DNA from: a virus
Reading direction: 5' to 3' (one strand)
Virus record (IMG/VR): IMGVR_UViG_3300037560_000207
Span: 117,361 to 181,360 of that record
DNA length: 64,000 bases
The notes under the pieces: generated by a model
The model's database searches: none
Told to the model about the DNA's origin: nothing
The model's input: the letters and a program-made list of their open reading frames with translations, nothing else
Position numbers and translations under genes: made by a program
Shown: one piece after another, positions 9,237 to 19,431 of the stretch
Position numbering within the stretch: position 1 is the first letter of the stretch
Layout: every line of letters begins with the position of its first letter

Positions 9237-10272
9237 AATAGAAAATGAATCCTTTGAAAAATTCCTTGTTCGAATATATGGTGAAGGAATTATTGCTACC
9301 GCCGACAAAGCTCTTGCTCCACGAGAGAGAAACATTCTAAACACACCATTATCTTTAGATATTGCATTGGGGGGAGGAATTCCTTTTGGCACAATATGCC
9401 TTATTACAGGCAAAGCCAAGACTGGGAAGACGACCGTTTGTCTTGAATTACTCAAAAATGCCCAACTATTAGATTGTCCAACCTTTTACATTAACATTGA
9501 GAAAAGATGTACTCATGCTTTATTGACTACTATTCAGGGATTAGATTGCACTAAGCTTCAAGTCATTCCTAATCAAATTGATAAGCCACTTACAGCAGAA
9601 GATTATCTTAATATCATAGAACGTATTGCTAAAACTCAAAAGAGGGCTGTTGTTGTAATAGATAGCATAGCTGCATTATCTACTATAACAGAGCAAGAAA
9701 ATCAGATTGGATCAAATAAGGATATGGCTGGTCCAGCCAAACTTCTAGCAGCATTTTTCCGACGTGCGCAACAGATTGTAGATTCTCAAGATGTAATCTT
9801 AATCTTCATTTCGCAGATGATGACTAGCCGGGAACCGCGTGGACCAAAATATATCGAAAAGGGTGGAGTAGCGATACAATATGCTTGTTCAGTCTGGCTG
9901 AAATGCACTTGGATTCAACAGTGGGACCGAAATCCTGAAACGAATGCACCAGATGGTCACGACATGCACATAACTATCCAATCCTCTGCACTAGGAAGGC
10001 CATTCCTTCCCTGTGTTTTACCTCTTCGATATGGTATCGGAATTGATACAGTAAGAGATGTTGTAACTATAGCAGAAAATTTAGGACTAATTGAAAAAGC
10101 TGGCGCATGGTATAGTATCCCGATGTTTACCAATGAAAATAATCCACCAAAATTTCAAGGGCTTACTAGATTATCTAATTTTCTCAGAGAAAATCCTGAT
10201 AAACTAAAACAATTAGAAGTTGAAATAAGGAACATTGTGTTACCCCAGGAGACAAAAAATGTTGAGAACTAG
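9217..10272 (+). CDS. recA: RecA/UvsX-like recombinase
   Basis: SLDIALGGGIP, Walker A GKAKTGKT, VVIDSIAAL, FISQ, GGVAIQY, GLIEKAGAWY. Confidence 0.92.
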   Translation: MAKRKSKIENESFEKFLVRIYGEGIIATADKALAPRERNILNTPLSLDIALGGGIPFGTICLITGKAKTGKTTVCLELLKNAQLLDCPTFYINIEKRCTHALLTTIQGLDCTKLQVIPNQIDKPLTAEDYLNIIERIAKTQKRAVVVIDSIAALSTITEQENQIGSNKDMAGPAKLLAAFFRRAQQIVDSQDVILIFISQMMTSREPRGPKYIEKGGVAIQYACSVWLKCTWIQQWDRNPETNAPDGHDMHITIQSSALGRPFLPCVLPLRYGIGIDTVRDVVTIAENLGLIEKAGAWYSIPMFTNENNPPKFQGLTRLSNFLRENPDKLKQLEVEIRNIVLPQETKNVEN

Positions 10273-10780
10273 AATATGTTGGGATGACTATTTTATGATA
10301 CAAGCTCTTTGGGTTAAAGTACGCAGCCCGGATGGTAGTACACAATGTGGTTGTGTCATAGTAGATAAACGCGGTCGTTTAATTGGTCAAGGATATAATG
10401 GATATCCAAGAAACATAGATGATAATAAAATGCCTCAAACACGACCGGAAAAATATCCACCCATATTACATTCTGAGGAAAATGCAATATTGAATTCTAC
10501 TGGAGATTTAGAAGGTGCTACTATATATGTTACAGGACCACCATGTATTCATTGTTGGGCTCATATTATTCAAAAGGGAATAAAACGAGTTGTATACGGA
10601 CCAGTTACGACATCACCAAGCGGATTATATGCAAATGCACAATTGGATAGTCAAAATCGAGTTGTTAAAGATATGTTGGAAAATCAAGATATAGAAGTTG
10701 TTAAATGGACACCTAATAATTATGGATTAATACAAGAAGAACTTCAAGAAATACAAGACTGGGTTATAAAAGCAACATAA
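10259..10780 (+). CDS. dCMP deaminase
   Basis: WDDYFM, GYNG, HSEENA, PPCIHC zinc motifs. Confidence 0.92.
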   Translation: MLRTRICWDDYFMIQALWVKVRSPDGSTQCGCVIVDKRGRLIGQGYNGYPRNIDDNKMPQTRPEKYPPILHSEENAILNSTGDLEGATIYVTGPPCIHCWAHIIQKGIKRVVYGPVTTSPSGLYANAQLDSQNRVVKDMLENQDIEVVKWTPNNYGLIQEELQEIQDWVIKAT

Positions 10781-10781
10781 T

Positions 10782-11141
10782 ATGGAAGTAAAATTACTCA
10801 AAGGTGGGACAGCAAAATTGCGTCTTAATAATAAACGGCTTCGAACGAAAGGGGGATCGAAGTCTCAATTTCAATATGAAATAGGACAACAATTAACTGA
10901 AAAGTATCCCCATGATGTAATTTTTGAAGAAGTGATAATACCAGGTGATAATTTTATTCTTGACTTTTTTATTCCATCGCTCGATCTTGTGATTGAAGTC
11001 CATGGTAAACAACATATTGAACATATAAAACATTTCCATAAGACTATAAAAGAATTTCATAAACAACAGGATACTGATCAAAGAAAACGGGATTGGTGCG
11101 AGTTAAATGGGTTTCGTTTGGTAGAGCTTTATGATGAGTGA
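10782..11141 (+). CDS. DUF559/Vsr-like endonuclease
   Basis: LDFFIP..DLVIEVHGKQH, D..K..WC..NG pattern. Confidence 0.75.
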   Translation: MEVKLLKGGTAKLRLNNKRLRTKGGSKSQFQYEIGQQLTEKYPHDVIFEEVIIPGDNFILDFFIPSLDLVIEVHGKQHIEHIKHFHKTIKEFHKQQDTDQRKRDWCELNGFRLVELYDE

Positions 11142-11550
11142 TTTAACCAATGAAACAATAATATATAAGGATCAACTTGATCAATGGGTTAAGTCTCTTG
11201 GATTGCCACAATTTCAACCATCTAATACCGAGCTTGAAACAATACTTGAATATACACGAGAATCGCTTAGAGAAAAATCATCAGTAGATTTGTCAGAAAG
11301 TGCTATCATATTAGCGCAATATGGATTGTTTTTACAACAAAAAAGCAATGAATGCTGCACCTTCCTGAAATGGTCGGATCAAGTTATTAATCGCCTATTG
11401 GGTGATGACCGCCATAAATTAACTCAGTGGGTAAGACAGGCAGAATTGAGAAAAGAACGCATATCATATCTTGCCCGCAGAATCGAATTAATTGGACAAA
11501 GTATCAGTGGCTTGGTAAGAGCACGATATAATGAAGGGAATAATCGATGA
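11131..11550 (+). CDS. Hypothetical helical protein
   Basis: Coupled ORF in the replication operon. Confidence 0.7.
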   Translation: MMSDLTNETIIYKDQLDQWVKSLGLPQFQPSNTELETILEYTRESLREKSSVDLSESAIILAQYGLFLQQKSNECCTFLKWSDQVINRLLGDDRHKLTQWVRQAELRKERISYLARRIELIGQSISGLVRARYNEGNNR

Positions 11551-12143
11551 GCCCGTTAGAATTTATCGAAAAGGGTATTCGTGAAGGTAACTGGAAAACA
11601 GTTTGTGAAGGATATAAACGCCTTACTGGGAAAGCTTTATCTATTCCTATGTTATCAGTAAATGATAGTGTTAAAAATGCACTGCGCAAAATCTCAGAAA
11701 TAGCATCCGTTGCCACAGATCAATTAACTGGCACTGTTCAATCTATACCCATTAAGACAAGTCAGTATGAAACTGAAACTAAAACAATATCAAAGAAAAA
11801 AAGTGGCCGACCAAAAGGAAAAGGGAAAAAAACAACAAAGAAGAAATCAACCGAAGAAGATTCTTCTCTTGTCTTAGATGAGAAGAAAAAGACAATTGTT
11901 CAAAGGGAAATTGGAGGAACACAATTAATTACTAATGAACCTGATCCAAAAGAAGTTGAACAGAATATAGTTAAGGCGAAGAAAGCCAATCAAAATAAAA
12001 TTAAACTCGATCGAAAAACTACTACAACCCATGATGTGAAATGCAATGAATGTGAAAATACATTTAAATCAGATCGGCCAAAAGGTGAAATAGGACAAAA
12101 ATGTAATAAATGTTTAATAGAAAAGAAAAGTAGATTTGTTTAA
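11547..12143 (+). CDS. Hypothetical protein with Lys-rich linker and C-terminal Zn ribbon
   Basis: CNEC...CNKC; KKKSGRPKGKGKK segment. Confidence 0.7.
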   Translation: MSPLEFIEKGIREGNWKTVCEGYKRLTGKALSIPMLSVNDSVKNALRKISEIASVATDQLTGTVQSIPIKTSQYETETKTISKKKSGRPKGKGKKTTKKKSTEEDSSLVLDEKKKTIVQREIGGTQLITNEPDPKEVEQNIVKAKKANQNKIKLDRKTTTTHDVKCNECENTFKSDRPKGEIGQKCNKCLIEKKSRFV

Positions 12144-13585
12144 TGAGTAATAAGTCAAACGCAATACTTCAAGATTCAGGCATGGAACGAGCAGTTCTAG
12201 CAGGAATTACTACACATGGTGCCAATTGCTTTTTCGAAGTAGAAGATATTATTGGTATCCAAGATTTCTATTGGATGTACAATCAAGAACTCTTCAAAAT
12301 TCTTGCTTATCTAGTTCATCAAAAAGATACCAAAACCTTTGATATTCCAAGCATTCAGGCAGTAGCCAAAATTCTAGGATACGGTGATTTTGCAAATGGT
12401 GGTAAACATTTAGAATATCTCGAAGCCATTATCGATGAAGTGGGTTTATCTAGAGAAAATATTAAAACATTGGTTGTAACAATATATAAACTTTCACTAG
12501 CACGACGTGGATATTTAGTAGCAGCCACGATTCAAAAGAGTCTCAAAAAAATCACAGGTGCAGAAGATGTAGATAATATCATCGGTCAAATCGAAGAACC
12601 CGTATTCGAATTTACTGGCCAAATTATGACCCAAGGCGCTGGTGTAGTATCTCTTGGAAAGAAATTCAAGAGTACAATGAAAGTTTTATCAGAAACGCCG
12701 CAAGATATAGTTGGATTACCCACAGGTTTCCCCGCTTGGGATAATGCGATAGGCGGTGGATTCAGACCCGCAACGGTTAATGTTATTGGTGCTAGAGCAA
12801 AACAAGCGAAGAGCTTTTTCTGTATAAATGTAGCTCGTAATATGGCTGAAAATGGAATTCCTGTTTTATATCTTGATACTGAACTTACAAGTGAAACACA
12901 ATTACATCGTCTTGCTTCTCTTATCTCTGGTGTTGAATTAAATCATGTTGAAACTGGTCAATTTATAAATAATCCACATGAATCAGAGGCAATTTGGGAT
13001 TGTCAAGAACATATGGAAAATCTATCTATCGATCATTTTTCTGTTGCTGGTCTTTCACCACAGGCTATTATGTCAATTTGTCGTAGATGGTTATCTAAAA
13101 CGGTTGGATTCACTGATAGTGGTACAGCGAAACCTTGTTTGATTATTTATGATTACATCAAATTAATGAATGATACTGCTTTTAAGCATAGTTTACAAGA
13201 ATATCAATTACTTGGTTTTCTAATTACTGCTTTGCACAATTTTGCTGTTAAATTTAAATTATCCATCTTGGCGACAGTTCAACTTAATAGGGACGGCGTT
13301 GAAAAAGAAGGAGCAGAAGTTATTTCTGGCTCTGATAGGATTGTATGGTTGTGTAGTAATTTTACAATTCTAAAACAGAAGATTCAAACTGAATTGAATG
13401 AAGATTGTCCCACAAATGGTACAAAGAAATTAGTAGTAACCGATACTAGATATGGTCCAGGTATGGAAAGTGGTGAATATATTAATGTGATTGATCATTT
13501 GGAAGTTGGCAAGTTATCAGAAGGGAAACCCTTCTCAATGGTGGCACAATCTATTTTGAAAAATCAGACTAATGCAGTGGTTTAA
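12143..13585 (+). CDS. dnaB: Replicative DNA helicase
   Basis: ERAVLA N-domain, GLPTGF..WD...GG, GARAKQAKS Walker A variant, IIYDYIKL, QLNR, GSDRI. Confidence 0.92.
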   Translation: MSNKSNAILQDSGMERAVLAGITTHGANCFFEVEDIIGIQDFYWMYNQELFKILAYLVHQKDTKTFDIPSIQAVAKILGYGDFANGGKHLEYLEAIIDEVGLSRENIKTLVVTIYKLSLARRGYLVAATIQKSLKKITGAEDVDNIIGQIEEPVFEFTGQIMTQGAGVVSLGKKFKSTMKVLSETPQDIVGLPTGFPAWDNAIGGGFRPATVNVIGARAKQAKSFFCINVARNMAENGIPVLYLDTELTSETQLHRLASLISGVELNHVETGQFINNPHESEAIWDCQEHMENLSIDHFSVAGLSPQAIMSICRRWLSKTVGFTDSGTAKPCLIIYDYIKLMNDTAFKHSLQEYQLLGFLITALHNFAVKFKLSILATVQLNRDGVEKEGAEVISGSDRIVWLCSNFTILKQKIQTELNEDCPTNGTKKLVVTDTRYGPGMESGEYINVIDHLEVGKLSEGKPFSMVAQSILKNQTNAVV

Positions 13586-13588
13586 ATA

Positions 13589-14230
13589 ATGCTTAATTTA
13601 ATTGGACAAAAATTTGGAAGATTAATTGTTATTCAAAGAATGAATAATGATAAACATAAAAAGACACAGTGGTTATGTAAATGTAATTGTGGCAAAGAAA
13701 CAATAATAATTGGTTCCCATTTAAAAAGTGAAAATACTAGAGGTTGTGGGTGTCTTAAAAAAGAAATGATAACACAACGTTCAACAATACATGGTCATGC
13801 AAAAAGCAATAAAAAATCGTATATTTATAAAACATGGATTCATATGATTCAACGATGTACTAATCCTAACGATAAGAAATATCCAATATATGGAAATCGA
13901 GGAATTACTATTTGTAAACGATGGATGAAATTCTTAAATTTTCTTAAAGATATGAGTGAACCCCCAACAAATAAACACTCGATTGATAGGATTAATAATA
14001 ATGGTAATTATTGCAAATCTAATTGTAGATGGGCAACAAGAAAAGAACAAGCTAGAAATACAAGGAAAAATCGTTTAATTTCATTTAATGGTAAAATTCA
14101 ATGTATGTCTGCTTGGGCAGAAGAACTATATATAGATAAAAGTACCCTTTGGTCACGACTCAATAGTGGTTGGTCAATAGAAAAAGCATTAACAACACCA
14201 ATAAAAAAATGCAAAAAGGAATTATTATGA
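13589..14230 (+). CDS. Free-standing HNH-type homing endonuclease
   Basis: GQKFGRL, WLCKCNCG, GCGC, MIQRC.NP, YG.RGI, SIDRINNNGNY...NCRWAT..EQ.RN. Confidence 0.88.
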   Translation: MLNLIGQKFGRLIVIQRMNNDKHKKTQWLCKCNCGKETIIIGSHLKSENTRGCGCLKKEMITQRSTIHGHAKSNKKSYIYKTWIHMIQRCTNPNDKKYPIYGNRGITICKRWMKFLNFLKDMSEPPTNKHSIDRINNNGNYCKSNCRWATRKEQARNTRKNRLISFNGKIQCMSAWAEELYIDKSTLWSRLNSGWSIEKALTTPIKKCKKELL

Positions 14231-15387
14231 GGCAATTTGGAACCAATGAAATCTCTTTTATTCAAGCTCGTGCTTGTGAACGTATTACAGAAATACTTGA
14301 TGCGATAGGATGTGATTATATAGAACGCCATGATTATCTTCAAAGTGCCTGTCCAGTCCATGAAGGGGATAATCAAAGAGCGATGTTTTGGGCTATTAGG
14401 TCTAACCATTGGCAATGCAAAACAAGAGGATGCCATTGTGATGTTATTAGCGGACCATCATCTAGTGTTTTTGGTCTTGTACGTGGAACCATGACTCATA
14501 AGACAGGTAAAAAATGGAGTTTTCCGCAAACTGTTAATTTTGTAGCTCAAATATTGGGATTAGAGAAGTGCCATATGGATGGAACTACTGTTCAAGATAT
14601 GGAAATAGCTAAAATCATCAGACAACACAAGAAAAAACAATCTGTTACTCAAGGGCGAGGCACATTATTAGCAACAATGATTCCACACTTAAAATCAGAT
14701 CAGGTTTATTACCCAAATCGAGGTATTTCACCTGAGATTATTGCCAGATATCACATATCATTTTGTAATATCAAAGGTAAACCAATGTATAAACGAGCAT
14801 TCTTTCCGGTTCTTGATGTAACTGGACGATATATAGTGGGATGGTCTGGAAGAAGTATTTACGATAAATGTCCCAAATGCAAAATGCATCACCATCCAAA
14901 ACGATTGTCATGTCCTGATCCTGAATATCGTGGTATATATAGTAAATGGAAACATTCTGAAAATTTTCATGTGGAATTGTGTCTTTATAATCTTTGGTAT
15001 GCTAAGCCCTTTATCAATAGAACTGGCACAGCAATTTTGTGTGAAGGGCCTGGAGATATATGGAATTTAGAAACAGCGGGTATTCGAAATAGCGTAGCCG
15101 TATTGGGTTCAAGTATATCTCGTCAACAACGATTAATGTTACAAAATGCCGGGGCCTTGACAGTTGTACTTATCTTTGATAACGACGAAGCAGGGAGGAA
15201 AATAACCGAAAGACTAGAAAAGGATTTGATACATTATTTCAGAATATTCTGTATTACGCCCGATACCGCAAAAGATGTTGGTGATATGCTTACTAATGAT
15301 ATTGTTACAAAAATTGGTCCCATCTTACAACAAGCATCTAGAGCAGAAATGCTTTCAGATGATTATGGAACAAAAAAGGAAACCTAA
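14227..15387 (+). CDS. dnaG: DNA primase (Zn-binding domain + TOPRIM)
   Basis: CPVH..D, FFPV, SGR, LCEGPGD, FDNDEAG, KDVGDM; extra CPKC..H insertion. Confidence 0.9.
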   Translation: MRQFGTNEISFIQARACERITEILDAIGCDYIERHDYLQSACPVHEGDNQRAMFWAIRSNHWQCKTRGCHCDVISGPSSSVFGLVRGTMTHKTGKKWSFPQTVNFVAQILGLEKCHMDGTTVQDMEIAKIIRQHKKKQSVTQGRGTLLATMIPHLKSDQVYYPNRGISPEIIARYHISFCNIKGKPMYKRAFFPVLDVTGRYIVGWSGRSIYDKCPKCKMHHHPKRLSCPDPEYRGIYSKWKHSENFHVELCLYNLWYAKPFINRTGTAILCEGPGDIWNLETAGIRNSVAVLGSSISRQQRLMLQNAGALTVVLIFDNDEAGRKITERLEKDLIHYFRIFCITPDTAKDVGDMLTNDIVTKIGPILQQASRAEMLSDDYGTKKET

Positions 15388-15821
15388 TGGATAAAAAAGA
15401 TACAAATCCTAAAGATAGAATAGCGACTACTAGATTGGATTTAAGTTTGTTTCCAGCAACAGCCAAAGCATATGGTGCTTTAGCAATGACTGAAGGTGAT
15501 TTGAAATACGGTGGTTATAATTATAGAACTATTGGAGTTAAAGCTTCGATTTACTATGCAGCAGCAAATCGTCATTTAGATAAATGGTTTAATGGTGAAT
15601 GGACTGATCAAAAAACTGGAGTTCCTCATTTAGCAAATGCTTTAGCATGTATTGGTGTACTTATTGATGCAATAGAGTGTGGAAAACTAAATGATGATCG
15701 TCCACCAAAATGTAATGTGGCTGTTTTGTTAGATAATATGGAACATAAAGTAGCTCATCTTCAGAAATTATTTACTGACGGACCAAATCGTCATACAGAA
15801 ATAATTAAGGCACAGAAATAA
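15387..15821 (+). CDS. DUF5664 dATP/dGTP diphosphohydrolase-like protein
   Basis: NPKD, EGDLKYG.YN, YYAAANRHL..W.NGE..D..TGVPHLANALAC, DDRP. Confidence 0.85.
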   Translation: MDKKDTNPKDRIATTRLDLSLFPATAKAYGALAMTEGDLKYGGYNYRTIGVKASIYYAAANRHLDKWFNGEWTDQKTGVPHLANALACIGVLIDAIECGKLNDDRPPKCNVAVLLDNMEHKVAHLQKLFTDGPNRHTEIIKAQK

Positions 15822-15837
15822 TTAGGAAATAAAGGTT

Positions 15838-16776
15838 ATGCGAATAGTTAAATCTAGTGCAAGCTCAATTAATCTGTATCGCCATTGTCCTTTCAGTTAT
15901 TATTTACAATATATTTTAGGTATGGAATCGAAAGCTGGCAAAGCTGCACTTCAGGGAAATATTGTTCACAAAGTTTTACAATTTATGGCCAGACGAAAGA
16001 AAAGAGGAAAAAGGGATATTGACCCGATGCAGCTTTTGGATTGGGCTTGGGATAAACTTACTATAAAATCTCCAGAAATAGAAATCCGTAAAGTAACGAC
16101 CAGGATAGATAAAGAAACTGATGACTTCAAAGAAGCTGCTGATTTTAAGAAATGTCGTGTTGCACTTGAAACTGTATTAGCTGATGTTTTTTATAACCCA
16201 TACAATCTCAAAGTACTAGATACAGAAGAATGGTTTGCCTTGGAAATGCCAGGAAATGAATGGAAAAGTTTAAATCAAGATGGAAAAATGCATCAATTCG
16301 CTATACGCGGTTATATTGATCTTGTACATGAAATTGATGAAGAAACTATAGAAATTGTTGATTGGAAAACTGGGAAAAGAACGAGCTTTTATACACAAAA
16401 ACCAATCGATGAAGAAGTATTGATGAGAGAAATCCAACCACGACTTTATCATTTAGCAGCATATTTTCTATATCCAAAATATAAGAATATCTTGATTACT
16501 TTCTACTATACGAATGATTCTGGCCCAATCACCATAGCCCTATCTCAAGATGACTTGATAATAACTATTACAGCTCTCCATCGTTTTTTTACCACAGTTA
16601 AGAAAGATACATTGATACGCAGAAATAGAAGTTGGCAATGTAAAATGTGCTCATTTGAACGTAGCGGTATGTGTCATCGAGTTTGGTCTGATCTTTGTAC
16701 GATGGGAAGTGAATATATTGAAAATCGTTATGCCCAGCTTGATTATAAAGATCAATTGGCGATAGGGAAACCATGA
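15838..16776 (+). CDS. PD-(D/E)XK Cas4/RecB-like exonuclease
   Basis: SASSINLYRHCP, GNIVH, RGYIDL, VDWKTG, QPRLYH, CKMCSFERSGMC. Confidence 0.88.
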   Translation: MRIVKSSASSINLYRHCPFSYYLQYILGMESKAGKAALQGNIVHKVLQFMARRKKRGKRDIDPMQLLDWAWDKLTIKSPEIEIRKVTTRIDKETDDFKEAADFKKCRVALETVLADVFYNPYNLKVLDTEEWFALEMPGNEWKSLNQDGKMHQFAIRGYIDLVHEIDEETIEIVDWKTGKRTSFYTQKPIDEEVLMREIQPRLYHLAAYFLYPKYKNILITFYYTNDSGPITIALSQDDLIITITALHRFFTTVKKDTLIRRNRSWQCKMCSFERSGMCHRVWSDLCTMGSEYIENRYAQLDYKDQLAIGKP

Positions 16777-17081
16777 AATTAACCTATGGACAACGAAAAG
16801 CTCTGAAATTTCTTCGAGATGATGAAGAATATGGAGATATGGTCCATGAACCGGGAAGTGGTTGGTGGTTAGGAACTCATAAAATAAATGGTAAATTAGC
16901 ATTAAGTTTAATACGATTATGTCTAGTAACCAGAGAACAATGGAGTAATTCCAGTAAATATGAACGATGGGGAATCAACGGAACTGGTCTTAGAGCTTTG
17001 GATGGTAAACCTCCTTACACCAAGGCAGATGGTACATATGTGGACAATTTACACGAAGTTGGAGACATATATAATGAGTAA
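16773..17081 (+). CDS. Hypothetical protein (wHTH-like)
   Basis: ATGA-coupled ORF; stop overlaps the dnaE start region. Confidence 0.6.
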   Translation: MKLTYGQRKALKFLRDDEEYGDMVHEPGSGWWLGTHKINGKLALSLIRLCLVTREQWSNSSKYERWGINGTGLRALDGKPPYTKADGTYVDNLHEVGDIYNE

Positions 17082-19431
17082 GAAAACTTATATTCCTCTT
17101 CACGTACATTCGTACTACTCATTATTGGACGGACTTTGTTCTCCAAAAGATATCATTGATCGGTGTGTAGAACTAGAATTGCCAGCTTGCGCCGTCACGG
17201 ACCATGGTACCATAGCATCGATGAAAGTATTTTATGATGCTGCTAAGAAAAAGAAGATTAAGCCTATCATCGGATGTGAATTATACATTTGTGAACAAGA
17301 CCCTACTATAAAAAACAATACAAATAACAAACGACATCATTTAATTGTTTTAGCAAAGAATGATCAAGGTATTAAAGATTTAATGTCATTGGTATCGGAG
17401 ACCAATAAACCTGAATATTTTTATCGTAAACCACGAATTCATTTGGAAGGTATTGCTCCATTTGCTAAGCAAGGTAATCTAATCTTTTTAACAGCATGTA
17501 TCGCTGGACAATTACCAATGTCATTATTCACTGATTTTAAAGCAGCTATCATGGCAGGAAGAAATTATAATATTGCTGGGGCAAAAGAATATCTAAAACC
17601 TAATTGGAAAGAAGTTGGTAAGGAGATTATCTATAAACATTTAGCTATTTTTGGAGAAGGTAACTTTTTTCTTGAACTTCAAGATGAAGGTATGGGAATT
17701 CAGGCTGTTGTGGTAGAATGCCTAAGAGAACTCAGCATAGAAACTGGAGTACCAACAGTAGCTACAATTGATGCTCATTATTGTCGAAAAGAAGATGCTG
17801 AAGATCAGAGACTTCTTCTGTTTGCTCAGCTTCACACAACAAAAGAGGCTCAAGACTATAAAATAGCTAGTGGTTTAGATGTTATGGATTTCTTCATCTC
17901 AGACAACTATTATATCCCTTCTAATGAAGAAATGCGACAGAAATTTACTGAGAATGAGCTTAAAACCACCCTTGACATAGCAGATCAAATTGAATATTCG
18001 TCATTGGGACATTCACCTTATTTGCCTATCTTTACTAATGATGAAGCAAAAAAGCTCGGACTTGATTCAAATGATTATCTGAGATATCTTTGTATAGAAG
18101 GTGCTAAAAAGAAATTGACACATCTTGATCCAGCGCAAAAGAAATTATATTGGAAGAGATTACAAAGAGAACTTATCGTAATTCAAGAAGCAGGATTAGC
18201 TGATTATTTTTTGATTGTTTGGGATGTATGTCGATTTGTGGATGAAAAGAATGGACCAAGGGGTAAGGGAAGAGGTTCTGGCGCTGGTTCACTGGTAAAT
18301 TACCTTACTGGAATTACCGGCATTGATCCTATCGAATATGGATTATACTTTGAAAGATTTTATAATTCAGGCCGTAATATTCTACCCCATTTTGATGTCG
18401 GGCAAATGGATTTTATGGCATGGATGTCAGATAATTTTGAATTACTTCATACCCGCGATATAGATAATGAACGCAAGTTTGTGTCCAGACATTTAGCCGG
18501 ACGGATAAAGCAGAATAAGGGGGGATGTTATGAATTTACATTCACAGATATAATGCGAGAAGAAGTTGAATGGATTGATGAAAATAATTCTCGTATGTGG
18601 ATGTACTTATATGATATGATTCAAGAAAAGCCAGCAGCTAATCCTTCAAATTCTCATCTTGCATATGGTCTTGGTATGACATTGGCAGGTCCAGATGAAT
18701 TAGATATAAATCGTAAAGTTAAAACACATAAGGGTCATATTAGTCTTCCCGATATTGATACAGATATAGGAGTGGTTTTTCGTAATGAAGTAATTACTTA
18801 CCTCAAAAAACGATGGGGAGATGAATATGTAGCTCAAATGATCACATTTGGTAGACTTCAAGGTAAAGCGGCTCTTAAAGAAGTATTTCGTGCTCAACCA
18901 GATACCGTAAGACATTTAATGAGAGTCAAGGCTGTCAAAGAAGGAAAAGATGCGGATGATATTCACATGACTCCACATGATCTGTGTAATGATATTACAC
19001 AATATATTCCAGATGAAGCATCAATTGCTGATGAATTGAGGCAAGCGCGATTAGAACAAGGAGATGACTATGGAATTCTACAATGGGCGATTCATCATAC
19101 AGAACAAGTGCGAGATGCATATGAGTGGTATAAGCCATTATTTGATCAAGCCATGAGAATCGAAGGAACTAAAAAATCTCAATCGAAACATGCTGCTGGT
19201 GTGGTAATTGCTGATAGACCAATCGAGGAATTAGTACCATTGGTTTATGATGCAAAGAATAAAGATCGTGTTGTTGGTTTAGAAATGTATAATGCTGAAG
19301 ATATGGGTGCTGTAAAATTTGATTTTCTTGGTGTAGTAGCGCTGGATAAATTATGGATGGCTCAGGATTTGATTAATAATTGTAATAACGAGGAAGTGTT
19401 AAAAGAGGGATTAGTAGAGGTAATAGAATGA
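17074..19431 (+). CDS. dnaE: DNA polymerase III alpha, N-terminal half (PHP + palm/thumb)
   Basis: HVHSYYSLLDG, TDHG, GCE, DAHY, GRGSGAGS, FERF, PDIDTD, KHAAGVVI, KFDFLG, then stop. The ATG at 17074 follows a GGAG RBS. Confidence 0.95.
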   Translation: MSKKTYIPLHVHSYYSLLDGLCSPKDIIDRCVELELPACAVTDHGTIASMKVFYDAAKKKKIKPIIGCELYICEQDPTIKNNTNNKRHHLIVLAKNDQGIKDLMSLVSETNKPEYFYRKPRIHLEGIAPFAKQGNLIFLTACIAGQLPMSLFTDFKAAIMAGRNYNIAGAKEYLKPNWKEVGKEIIYKHLAIFGEGNFFLELQDEGMGIQAVVVECLRELSIETGVPTVATIDAHYCRKEDAEDQRLLLFAQLHTTKEAQDYKIASGLDVMDFFISDNYYIPSNEEMRQKFTENELKTTLDIADQIEYSSLGHSPYLPIFTNDEAKKLGLDSNDYLRYLCIEGAKKKLTHLDPAQKKLYWKRLQRELIVIQEAGLADYFLIVWDVCRFVDEKNGPRGKGRGSGAGSLVNYLTGITGIDPIEYGLYFERFYNSGRNILPHFDVGQMDFMAWMSDNFELLHTRDIDNERKFVSRHLAGRIKQNKGGCYEFTFTDIMREEVEWIDENNSRMWMYLYDMIQEKPAANPSNSHLAYGLGMTLAGPDELDINRKVKTHKGHISLPDIDTDIGVVFRNEVITYLKKRWGDEYVAQMITFGRLQGKAALKEVFRAQPDTVRHLMRVKAVKEGKDADDIHMTPHDLCNDITQYIPDEASIADELRQARLEQGDDYGILQWAIHHTEQVRDAYEWYKPLFDQAMRIEGTKKSQSKHAAGVVIADRPIEELVPLVYDAKNKDRVVGLEMYNAEDMGAVKFDFLGVVALDKLWMAQDLINNCNNEEVLKEGLVEVIE

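Noticed and set aside
15387-15821. 2-aminoadenine (Z) genome system
   Set aside because: No purZ or datZ-like gene in the window; DUF5664 alone is insufficient.
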